The position numbers were made by a program, and so were the translations under genes. Positions 51,403 to 60,982 of a DNA stretch of 64,000 nt are shown piece by piece (position 1 is the stretch's first letter; every line of letters starts with the position of its first letter). The notes under the pieces were generated by a model, which was not told the origin of the DNA, ran no database searches, and saw only the letters and a list, made by a program, of their open reading frames with translations. The DNA is taken from IMG/VR virus record IMGVR_UViG_3300010938_000950, positions 145,767 to 209,766 of that record. One strand, written 5' to 3'.

Positions 51403-52375
51403 ATCGTTCCATAACATCAGGAAATATACTTCACCAGCCGCTCATCCTGAAATCTTGAACGGCAATACTATTGTCGATTATAGACCCAAGGTTAAGTTGC
51501 ATGGTACGAATGCGGCTGTTCAAGTCCATGAGGATGGAAGCATTGTGTGTCAGAGTCGCGAGTCTATTATCACCCGTGAAAAAGACAATGCTGGCTTTGC
51601 TAAGTGGGCACACTCCCAACCTAATTGGGATCTAGCCAAAGGCCATATTCTCTATGGCGAGTGGTGTGGACCTGGTATTCAGAAGGGTGTTGCCATTGCC
51701 CAAATTCCTCGCAAGGTGTTCGCTATCTTTGCAGCGCGTCCTTTGGATGGCAGCGACAAATTGATTGTTGAACCGGACGAGCTTCGTGTTTTGATCGAGA
51801 ATACTAAGTTCAATATTCCTGACGTGTATGTTCTTCCCTGGTACAACGAAGGGCTGGAAGTTGATTGGTCTGAGACAAGTGAAGAGCTAACCAAGGATGT
51901 TAATCTAATCAACGAGTGGGTTAGTGCTGTGGAAGCTAATGATCCATGGGTCGAAGCGACCTTCAATGTCAAGGGGACTGGAGAAGGTTTGGTTTTCTAT
52001 CCTCGTTCAGATGAACATCTCGGCTTCACTAACTTCAATAACTTGGTATTCAAAGCCAAGGGAGAAAAGCATAAGAACATTGCCACGGCTAAGCCTGCGC
52101 AAGTGGATGCAACTGCGGCGGCCAGCATCGATGCGTTCGTGGCTATGGTTCTTACCGAAGCTCGTCTGGAGCAAGGTGCTACCAAGGTGTCTGCTGATGG
52201 TGCACTTACCTATGACATGAAGAACACAGGTAAGTTCGTCTCCTGGGTAAGTGCAGATGTAGAGAAAGAAACTCAGGATGAGCTAGCCGCCAGCAATCTC
52301 ACCTTCAAACAGGTGCAGAAAGCCATCAGTGATAAGGCTCGTGCCTGGTATCTTGCCAAAGCTAAGGAGCTATAA
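51374..52375 (+). CDS. RNA ligase (Rnl2 family)
   Basis: KLHGTN, YGEWCGPGIQKG, FAIF, EGLV and FKAK nucleotidyltransferase motifs. Confidence 0.88.
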   Translation: MNFMAWPEIESFHNIRKYTSPAAHPEILNGNTIVDYRPKVKLHGTNAAVQVHEDGSIVCQSRESIITREKDNAGFAKWAHSQPNWDLAKGHILYGEWCGPGIQKGVAIAQIPRKVFAIFAARPLDGSDKLIVEPDELRVLIENTKFNIPDVYVLPWYNEGLEVDWSETSEELTKDVNLINEWVSAVEANDPWVEATFNVKGTGEGLVFYPRSDEHLGFTNFNNLVFKAKGEKHKNIATAKPAQVDATAAASIDAFVAMVLTEARLEQGATKVSADGALTYDMKNTGKFVSWVSADVEKETQDELAASNLTFKQVQKAISDKARAWYLAKAKEL

Positions 52376-52376
52376 G

Positions 52377-52982
52377 ATGGGCGAAGAGATTAGGGGTATG
52401 GTGGTTTACCACCGCAAGTCACTAAAGCGAGGTAAAATTACTGCCTCTAATCAATTCACCGGACTTATTGCAGTCCAATGGGATGATGGTGAAAAGAACT
52501 TTGCTCATGTTAGCGAGCTAATGAGTGAGCAACTTTTCAACGAACTACAAGAACAAAATAGGAAAGATCAAATGGCTCTCAAAGAAGAACAAGCAACCAT
52601 TGGTGCAATCGTTTTCAAGAACTCTGACGAAGCACCTCTAAGGAAGGGCAAGATTGCCGGACCTGTAGTCAATGGTGTTGCCATTGTCGAATGGGATGAT
52701 GGTCAGCTTGCTAAGGTTGCCATCAAGACTCTTCTTGGTCAAGTCGAGGGCATGGCTGAGAATCAACGCTTGCAAGACGAGAAGGATCGTTTGGAGCGTG
52801 AATTCGAGGAAGTACAAGCTGAGGTCGAGGAGAAGCTTTCTGCCGCGGCCAAGCTAATCAACGAGGCTGCTGCTCTTGCCGATCGTAAAAACGTTTCTAT
52901 CATGGATATGAGCGAAGCTACTTACGAGCTAGAGAGTGCCATGGAGAATGCGGGCTGGAATACTTCTTCCTGGCACTGCTAA
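52377..52982 (+). CDS. Tandem SH3-like plus coiled-coil protein ending GWxxSSxxC
   Basis: Two G.I.....V.WDDG repeats; ends ENAGWNTSSWHC. Confidence 0.75.
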   Translation: MGEEIRGMVVYHRKSLKRGKITASNQFTGLIAVQWDDGEKNFAHVSELMSEQLFNELQEQNRKDQMALKEEQATIGAIVFKNSDEAPLRKGKIAGPVVNGVAIVEWDDGQLAKVAIKTLLGQVEGMAENQRLQDEKDRLEREFEEVQAEVEEKLSAAAKLINEAAALADRKNVSIMDMSEATYELESAMENAGWNTSSWHC

Positions 52983-52991
52983 GAGGGAACA

Positions 52992-53674
52992 ATGGATCTG
53001 GAACAAGAATTCCAAAAACTAATGGATGAAGCTGTCCAGAAGGTACAGGCCAAGCAGGCAGCCGGCGAGCTGTCTGTTGAAGAGGCTGACGACCTAATCG
53101 ATATCATCGCTACACGCAGGCAGAAAGGTGCGCGTGCATGGAGCTATAGCGATAACTGCTATACTGATGATGAAGACTATGACTATGATGGATCGGATGA
53201 TTCACGTGGTTGGCAGCGCTCATCTTGGTGCGGAGATAACGGATGAGCTTATTCAAATACGAAGTAGGCATGCGTGTACGCTATCGCGATGATGAAACTC
53301 GCAAAGGCGAAGTCACCGAAGTAGAGGACGAAAACGAAGTTCGCGTACTTTGGGATCATCGTAAAGATGAAGGACACAAGTGGTGTGAGACGCGAGAGAT
53401 CATGCCTGATACACTGGAGGCTGCCCAGCAGATTTCCAATCTGAATCGAAAGATTCAAGCCAAGATCGATGAGGCTACCTCTCTACTCGAACAGGCATTC
53501 AAGGCTTGGCGTACAGCCAACGCTATGGAAATGGAAGGGACTGATAACCCTGGGCCTGATGATGGTTACTTCGAGGGAGCCTATGCTCTTCGTGGGAATG
53601 AAGAGCTGGATCTTTCTAAGTTCGAGGAAGTGGTAGAGCAAAATGGTTGGAGTACCTCGTCTCTCTACTGTTGA
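52992..53674 (+). other. ORFs 52992..53246 and 53243..53674 of the same GWxxS..C family
   Basis: End GWQRSSWC and GWSTSSLYC. Confidence 0.7.
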
Positions 53675-53901
53675 CCATATCATCAAGGGCCTCAAAAAGA
53701 CCCGAGGTGAATTGGTTAGATTTGCAAAAGCTCTTCCAGATGAAGATGCTTATGCAACTCCCTATTCAATTCTATCAGATGGTGTCAAACATATAGATGA
53801 TCTAATTGATAATCTAAAAGAATCAGTTAGAGATGCCAATCAATACCGCAAAGAAAACCCAGAACAATTCCCCAATCGAGCCAGAAAGTGGTGTATGATC
53901 A

Positions 53902-54828
53902 ATGATTCTCGTCGGAAGTCGCGCTCTAGCACTGAGGATGCCACAAGCACTGATCCGTAAACCTCTTGACTTTGATTGGGTTTGTACTCAGGAAGAGTTT
54001 GACCAGTGGATGGAAAAGAATCAGCACAAGGTCAATCCAACCAAAGTCTATAAAGAAGAGTGCCGACAGGGTCTTTACAAAATGATTGTCGAGGGCAGTA
54101 CCAACTGCGAATTCGAAATCATTGATCCTGAGAAAAGTTCTGGAATTCTTCAGCAGTTGGTAGAGAATAATTCCGAAAGTTTGGAGACGCCGTTTGGCTG
54201 GATTCCATCTTTCGATCTTCTGTTTGCTATCAAGCAGTCTCACCGCTATCTGCGAAATAGCCCGCACTTCTGGAAGACCTTGACCGATTGGCATCTCATG
54301 CGTAGGTTTGGGGCAATCATTCGTCCCGAGCATAAGAGCTTTCTCAAAACTCGTGAGGCCGAGACTTATTGGTATAAGCATCCGAAGCTCAACGTATCTA
54401 AGGATGACTTCTTCCAAGATGATGGTATCCAGTATGTATGGGACCATGACGATATCCACAAGTCAGTTGCAGTGGGTGAGCGACCAGCTTATACCTACTA
54501 CCTGAAGGATGGAGCGCAAGTCGATTGCGACAAAGATAAGTTCTTCGCCTTGCCTCAAGAGATTCGCCTCAATGGAGTAGTGGAAGAGGCCGCCGTGCTG
54601 GCAATCGAGCGCAGCTTGGTACCGCATCCCGGCGTGTGGACGCCTGAGTATGCATGGAAGTTTGCGCTTTCTAAGGTATGCTCTAGCATCACATCGGGAT
54701 GGTTCCGTCAGTTCGCCTACGAGAATGCCCCGGAAATTCTCAAATTGTATCCGAAGGGATATTGGGAGAAGTTCCAGCAAGACTGTGCTGATGGCAAAGT
54801 AAAACCTTTTACCGGAAGCAAGTACTGA
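53902..54828 (+). CDS. Conserved large-phage protein with nucleotidyltransferase-like N-terminus
   Basis: LVGSRAL...DFD motif; KxSH and YxHDxIH blocks typical of this phage family (from memory). Confidence 0.6.
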   Translation: MILVGSRALALRMPQALIRKPLDFDWVCTQEEFDQWMEKNQHKVNPTKVYKEECRQGLYKMIVEGSTNCEFEIIDPEKSSGILQQLVENNSESLETPFGWIPSFDLLFAIKQSHRYLRNSPHFWKTLTDWHLMRRFGAIIRPEHKSFLKTREAETYWYKHPKLNVSKDDFFQDDGIQYVWDHDDIHKSVAVGERPAYTYYLKDGAQVDCDKDKFFALPQEIRLNGVVEEAAVLAIERSLVPHPGVWTPEYAWKFALSKVCSSITSGWFRQFAYENAPEILKLYPKGYWEKFQQDCADGKVKPFTGSKY

Positions 54829-55012
54829 TGAGTGAATACGGAAAGAAGTGGGAAGATATTCGTTTGATTAGAGAGGAGATCAAACGGTTAGTTCCTACTG
54901 CAAATGTCAATAGCTTCAATGAAGCATCAGATTCTTTAGAGAGCTTCAAATCTCTTCTAGATATTCTAATGATGCGATGGGAAGTATTAGAAGCAGAGAT
55001 TAAGGAAGAGCC

Positions 55013-55498
55013 ATGAAATTTTCTATTGGTGATAAGGTAGTTCAAAAGACTTCCGTTCAAGCACATACCAACTATCCGGTTGAAATCGTAGTTGGTTTCT
55101 TGGGTGATGCCGTACTCACTATGAGCTGGGGTGATGGGTTCGGCGATGAGATTCGCCACTATGACTTCTATGAAGATATCAAGCCTGGTGATCGTAGCTG
55201 GCGCTCAGCTATCTCAAGGTATCAAGAGTCAGAGCTTTTGACTCCGGAAGAAGTGATTGTGCAGCTTCGTAAACTAGAAGACGAGCAGTCTAAGCTAGAA
55301 GCAGAATTCGAAAGCGTACGCACACACGTGCAAGAGAAATTAAACCAAGCTGCCGTTCTTGTCAAAGAAGCTACTTCTTTGGTGGAACCTACGGGTAAAG
55401 ATTTCTATGATCTCACCGAAGAATGCAGAGAGTTGCACTTTGCTCTAAGCAAAGGCGGATGGTCTCATTCTACAATGAAGTGCAAATATGGACGATGA
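55013..55498 (+). CDS. SH3-like plus coiled-coil protein ending GWSHSTMKC
   Basis: MKFSIGDKV N-terminus; family C-terminal motif. Confidence 0.7.
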   Translation: MKFSIGDKVVQKTSVQAHTNYPVEIVVGFLGDAVLTMSWGDGFGDEIRHYDFYEDIKPGDRSWRSAISRYQESELLTPEEVIVQLRKLEDEQSKLEAEFESVRTHVQEKLNQAAVLVKEATSLVEPTGKDFYDLTEECRELHFALSKGGWSHSTMKCKYGR

Positions 55499-55681
55499 AT
55501 TTGAATTTCTATACAAAGAGTACCTAGAATATTCTAGGTTGTTCCATTGGTATCATGGAAGTTCTTTTTCCTTTTTCAAAGGTAAAGCTTCTAAAGTAGA
55601 AGCAGAAAGGTATAGGTATCTTTCTAATTATTACTTTGAAAAAGCTGTAATCAAAGCTCGAAAAATGGTAATGCCTAAGAG

Positions 55682-56191
55682 GTGATCATGTTTAAGTATG
55701 ATCAGAATGTTGAGCGCTACGGAATTAAACTGGTTAACGACCGTGTTATCCGCAAAGAGGCTCAATTTTCAACCTATAAGCATTTTGAATTTCTTTCTAG
55801 ATTAGCTAGGCATCTAATTGCCAACCCTGATCCTACTGTAGTTCCTGTTTATAAATTCGAAGTTCTGGAAGAGGCTCCCGAAGGAAAACTGTGGGGCACG
55901 TTTAGATACGCATATGAAATGATGCGCCTGCCTATGCTTTCACGTGAGGAAAAGAGCGCTATCAATACATTCTTCCAACACAGATATAATATGAATAGGT
56001 CTGAAGACCCCTACTTGCTTCGTGATAAGCGGGAGTTTCCGGAGCTAGCTAAGTTCATGTCGAAAGTTTTCGACGATGATAACTATACCGATCTTCACGA
56101 CGGGAACTTCCTAAAAGATGAAGAAGGGAACTATCGTATCATTGACCTGGAGGGATTCTCTCGTTACCCAGGTGTTGGCCATCTAGAGTAA
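55682..56191 (+). CDS. Minimal protein-kinase-like fold protein
   Basis: V.K, DLHDGNF and IIDLEG motifs. Confidence 0.6.
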   Translation: MIMFKYDQNVERYGIKLVNDRVIRKEAQFSTYKHFEFLSRLARHLIANPDPTVVPVYKFEVLEEAPEGKLWGTFRYAYEMMRLPMLSREEKSAINTFFQHRYNMNRSEDPYLLRDKREFPELAKFMSKVFDDDNYTDLHDGNFLKDEEGNYRIIDLEGFSRYPGVGHLE

Positions 56192-57448
56192 TAAATTATG
56201 AATATCAAAGCTGCGCCCGTAATCAAATTCGGGTATGTAATGCTAGCTATTAATATGGCTCTATCTAGCTACTTCTGGTTGTTTGGTCATGATGAAGATG
56301 ATCGTTTCCATACAGCTTTGTTTATGGGCGGCTCCATGCTCTGGATAATCATGATCTTGGTATGGTATAAAGTTCAAGAAACTGAGGAGTAAAACGTGGA
56401 AGATTGGGCTGAGCTAGATGAAGACAAGTGTGCTTGCCATGGTTGTGGCTGGGCAGAAGTTTCAAAAGATGAATGGGTAGAATGCCCCCTTCACTTCGAA
56501 GGTCAGCTTCATCCTGATACGCAGGCTCTGCTACTGGATGAGCCTGAACGTTTAGTTGAAGAGGAGCGTAAATCACGGCTTCGGTTTCAAATCAGAGAAG
56601 CGCGAGCCAAGATTGTTCTTGCCCAAGAGCAACTTAAAGAAGAGCAGAGCAAGCTAGCTCGTCTTGAACTAGAGCTAATCAATAGGACGCCCACTGTTAA
56701 AGCTATGCGAGCAGTCGTTCCACCCCCGCTTCCTATTCCTTCTGAGCCAAAACCATTTGAGCTTACGGAGACAGATTTTCTATGAGAATCTATGATGCTA
56801 TTGATGCTGCGGCTAAGGCCCTAAAGTCTGGAGCACATCCTAATATTCTAAGGATGGCACTAATGAGTGACGGCTTTCCAGCCTCTAAAGTAGAAGTTAT
56901 TTTGGGATGGGCTAACCAATCCAACAAAGGAAAACAAATGAAAACGATTGAAGAAATGAAGGAACTCTTTCCATGGGAAGAGGGCATGGGAGAAATCAGT
57001 GGTTTCGGGGGAGGCTATGAGGAAGCCTGTCGAAACATGGTTTACTCCGGCCTTGCTTGGCTGGAGACCAAACCCAATGCCGAACTGCGTGCTATTGAGT
57101 ATAAGAATGTCTTTGGTATTCTTACTCCAGACAATGCTGATACTCAGGAATTGGACGATGCGGTGGCGGCTGGGGAACCCGGTTGTTCAGGTGCAATGCA
57201 TCATGCTGCCATGAGTCATGTTATGTTCATTGCTAAGAATGGTTGGAACAAATACGTCTCTGAAATGAAGAAACGCGGTTAATCATGACCAAGAAAGATT
57301 ACATCAAGGCCGCCGAGATTGTTCGACAGGACCACAAGAAGAATGGAGATATCTTCTCCAAACTTATGGAAGAGTCTTTCGTCAAACTTTTCCGACAGGA
57401 TAACCCGCGCTTCGATGAGAAGCGTTTCCGTGAAGCCTGCAAGGGAGC

Positions 57449-57787
57449 ATGAGTATGGATACAATTACGTTTGACGATTTCGTCAAAGCAGACATGCGTG
57501 TAGGTACAATCACCTCTGCGGAGGCTGTGCCCAAGAGCAAGAAGCTTCTCAAACTTTCTGTCTCATTCGGTCCTGAGATTGGTACTCGCACTATTCTTGC
57601 AGGTATTGCCGAAGCCTACAATCCAGAAGGCATTGTTGGACTTCAGATTGTTGCAGTAATCAACCTTCCGCCCCGAGCTATGATGGGTATCGAGTCTCAT
57701 GGTATGCTTCTAGCTGGCAGGTCTGCAACTGGTCAACTCATTCTCGTCTCTCCTAATGGTATTGCCGAGGGAGAGCGAATCGGCTGA
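57449..57787 (+). CDS. Trbp111/CsaA-type OB-fold tRNA-binding protein
   Basis: FDDFVKADMRVGTI...KLLKL...RTILAGI...NLPPRAMMGIESHGMLL. Confidence 0.9.
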   Translation: MSMDTITFDDFVKADMRVGTITSAEAVPKSKKLLKLSVSFGPEIGTRTILAGIAEAYNPEGIVGLQIVAVINLPPRAMMGIESHGMLLAGRSATGQLILVSPNGIAEGERIG

Positions 57788-59168
57788 GAGGCGCGGCCTC
57801 CCATTCACGGGAGGCCGTTGCAAAAGGAAGCGCCCATGATTAGGTTGAGAACCAAAGTAGGAAATGGTAGAGTTTTTACTCTCTACTTCATGGGTAAATG
57901 GGTAACTCTCATCAATGATGGTACCAGAGCTTCTTCTGTTGATGCAGACAACCTGATGATGGCAGGAGCTAACCATCTGGCAGCCGCTACAAAACTCAAG
58001 GAGATTATGGATGACAGAGGAAGATTTGCTGAACAGCTACTTCACAGAGAAAGATATTCCGGGAGTCTCAGCTCAGGAGTTTCAGACGGCAGTGATGGGG
58101 CTAATCGAGAAGGGTCTCATCGAGATGGTGGAAGCGAACGGGATCAAAATCTACCGCCCAACTCTTCTTCTGAAGAAAATCAAAACACATCTGAACTCGG
58201 ATCCCAAAACGCAGAGTTAAATGATGGACAAGAAAGAGTTTGAAGAAAAGCTAATCAAAGACTTTCCTGGCCTCTATGCTGATATGTATGGTGATGCCAG
58301 TAAGACTTGTATGGCCTGGGGAGTAGAAATTGGACCAGGATGGTATGATCTGGTTTATGATCTCTCCGCTAAGTTAAACGCCATTATTCAAACCTTTCCA
58401 AAAGAATACGCCCAGAATTTTAGGTTCTCCCAGATAAAAGAAAAGTTGGGCGGCCTGCGTATTCATATGACAAAAACCTCGCCCGAGATGAGAGAACTTA
58501 TTCATAAGGCCGAGTCTGATAGTTATCATATTTGCCATCGTTGTGGACAACCTGGTAAATTAGTAAAAGCTAGTTGGCTCTATACATCCTGTAAAGAGCA
58601 CGCTAAACAAGAACACAAAAACCAATTCTGAGGAAAAATGAGCAACAAGAATTTGCCCCTGGACGAGCAGCTTTTCACCGCCGAACACTTTGCGCCCCTT
58701 CCAGGAGCAGTGCTTGGCCTACAGTTCAAGGATGTGACGCTGAAGGGAAAGGTTGGGGACTTCGAGTCCGGAACCAAGTTCTCTTATGCGGTCCTCCTGG
58801 GTGATGCGTCTGCCCTGGTCCTGATCGATGAGAAACAGGAGGAACACGCATTCCGCCTGAGTGTGAGTGTGGGTGAGCGCATCGATGCGGCCGAGCTTCA
58901 TGAGCCTCATGATGAGAGCTGTGATTGCGGCCACGATCACTGACAATGAAATGGATTGTTTCTTGGCAAACAGTGGTTCATCATAGTGATGGTACATGGT
59001 TTGAAAAAACTGAAAGGCACCATCACTCAAAAGAGTTTGATGATAAAGAAGAGGCATACCAATTCAGAAATGATTTGAGGAATGCAAGATATGTTGTAAA
59101 TGTTGAGCTTAAAAGAGAAGTATCTTTAGACGATATTTACAATGCAATCGCAGCCAAAAACTAAGACC

Positions 59169-59200
59169 TATATGCATACACAGACGTGTGTATGCATATA
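59169..59200. repeat. Perfect 14-bp inverted repeat
   Basis: TATATGCATACACA-GACG-TGTGTATGCATATA directly after a stop codon. Confidence 0.85.
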
Positions 59201-59700
59201 GAGCTAACGAGTACGGTTAGCTTTCGTTCTAGCGGATCGCAATGAAACTAGAACGGGTCAAGGGGACTAACATGCTGCCCCTAAGCTTGCGTATGCGAGC
59301 CGCATGAGGTTGCCAACTAACCATAAATGTTGGGGCGCAGGTGGTCACGCCTATACCTACCCCAGTTCTTGTTCATTATTACTGCGTCTTAATAATGTTC
59401 TTTAGTCAACTCTACAACGACCGAGAGAAAACTGTAGACATCCTTGCTAGCCTTCAGATGTATGTGAACAGCTAGGGGCACTCCTGCCCATACCTGCGAG
59501 CGTGAGTTTTCGCTTCCGTTTTGAGTACGATACACATAGGCGTGTGCTTAGATACGAACTTGCAAGCGTATCGGTGCAGGCGCCTATAAAACGGAGGATC
59601 AATTTTATTGGAGAGTGTATTGGGCACTTGAGCGCCTCATGACGAAGATGGAGATAGTCATGACACCCACTGTAAGACCGTGGTGTATAACGGTCTGAAC
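59201..59700 (+). ncRNA. Candidate large structured non-coding RNA upstream of tRNA-Glu
   Basis: About 500 nt with no ORF of 60 aa or more on either strand and many stem-loops (GAGCTAAC/GTTAGCTT, CGTTCTAG/CTAGAACG, CATTATT/AATAATG, GATACG/CGTATC, AGACCG/CGGTCT). Confidence 0.5.
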
Positions 59701-59701
59701 T

Positions 59702-59776
59702 GGCCCCATCATCTAGTGGTTAGGATATATGGCCTTCACCCATAGTACAGGGGTTCGAATCCCCTTGGGGTCACCA
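59702..59776 (+). tRNA. tRNA-Glu(TTC)
   Basis: Full cloverleaf GGCCCCA...TGGGGTC-A-CCA, D loop AGTGGTTAGG, TATGG-CCTTCAC-CCATA, AGGGG-TTCGAAT-CCCCT; C at position 33. Confidence 0.92.
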
Positions 59777-60982
59777 TGAAAGAAAAGAAAGAAAAATGTA
59801 AGCACCCGAAAATTCCTTCCTATGAATTGGAAGAGCAAGAAGCAGCCAATACTTTGATTGATCAAATCAATCGTGGTGATGTGGTCGCTTATGGATCTCT
59901 TTGTAGATTGGCTGTCTCTGTTGTTAGAGACGGCAGATTCTATCGTGAAACTTGTGAGAAATGTCATGGACTCAGTTCCTCTACAGAAAATTCAGAAGAA
60001 AGCTGAAGCGTATGATTCTACACTTCTCGCTACTGATCCGCGATTTCGCAGAGTTGTGATCCTTGAGCATGAGGACGGTTCTTATCTACAATTCGATAGC
60101 GCATTTTTGATGCGTGTAGATAGAGAGTGGATTGTATGCTTTACAGAACACCATGGTTTTCATGTGTATCATGCTGACGACCTATTTGCATATTCTCAAT
60201 ATGAAAGGTTGAATGTATTGGAGGAGCTTCCATGATTGATGTTGAGGCTACATACAAAAACATTCGTACTCTTTACCAAACGGTTTCTGGTAAGGGCGAT
60301 GCAGATGTTTCTGTTACGTACAAGGGCACTAGTTACGGTGTAACTAAATCATGGCATGCCAAAGTGGACGCGCGCGAGATCAATCATGAGACTCATGATG
60401 GTGCCTTGACTGGCTTGTTAGCTCTACTCAAAAAAGAACTAGCCGATAAGACCAAGTCAGCAGAAAATGAAGCTGCCCGTTTGCGCTCAGCTCTCAACCA
60501 ATTGGGGAACTAATATGATTCGTATCAGATACTCTGATAATAACATCGGGGAATATAAGAACGTGGATGTGGCGAACTTCATGGCTCTTAATACTATGTT
60601 CTCTACATCTGGTAAAATCATTCCCATTGAGGCTGTAGAGGTCATTGGGGTGACTACTGGTGGAGTTTCGGTGGAACGTATCCTCAAGATTAAGCTTGGG
60701 GTTATTGAATACGACTGAGGGGCACGGATTCAAAGTTTAATGAGCCCGCACTTGCCCGCCATATAGCCGCCCTAGGAGCATATACGCACATGAGAAAGAT
60801 TCAAGATGCCGATGTAGTCGGTAAGACAATCAAGTCAATCGATAATGGTTCTGTCAACGTTCTTCGTTTGACATTTACAGATGGCACTAGTCTGGAACTA
60901 TGGGCGGAAGATGCCGTCTATACCCCAATGGGTAATATTCCAGGCATCTTTGTGGAAGATTCCACACCGCAAGAAGGTTAAT

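Larger units (their letters stand above)
33..57808 (+). repeat. Dispersed strand-polarised 11-mer CTCCCATTCAC (46 exact copies plus 6 CTCCCATTCAT)
   Basis: Exact copies start at 33, 263, 953, 1117, 1323, 1421, 1697, 2448, 2855, 3471, 3921, 4651, 4862, 5827, 5935, 6478, 6962, 7430, 7723, 8154, 8893, 9626, 10301, 10554, 11084, 11860, 12140, 12544, 14086, 14723, 15358, 16194, 18704, 19489, 21515, 23750, 26910, 28823, 29861, 32967, 34498, 37604, 41574, 44195, 47698 and 57798. CAT variants at 2239, 4197, 5254, 6188, 6745 and 13434. No reverse-strand copy noticed. Confidence 0.97.

Noticed and set aside
57818-58243. Apparent dual-coding overlap of ORF 57818..58243 with 58011..58220
   Set aside because: The C-terminal part of the longer frame is low-complexity and looks like chance read-through; no frameshift signal seen.
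59201-59776. tmRNA or RNase P RNA identity for the large non-coding region
   Set aside because: No GGGGxxGxxxxGGxTTCGA 5' end, tag frame or G3-U70 TLD, and no GAGGAAAGTCC P4 signature.
59776-60006. ORF whose ATG shares the A of the tRNA CCA end
   Set aside because: There is no SD (the upstream sequence is tRNA), so the true start is uncertain and the overlap may be coincidental.
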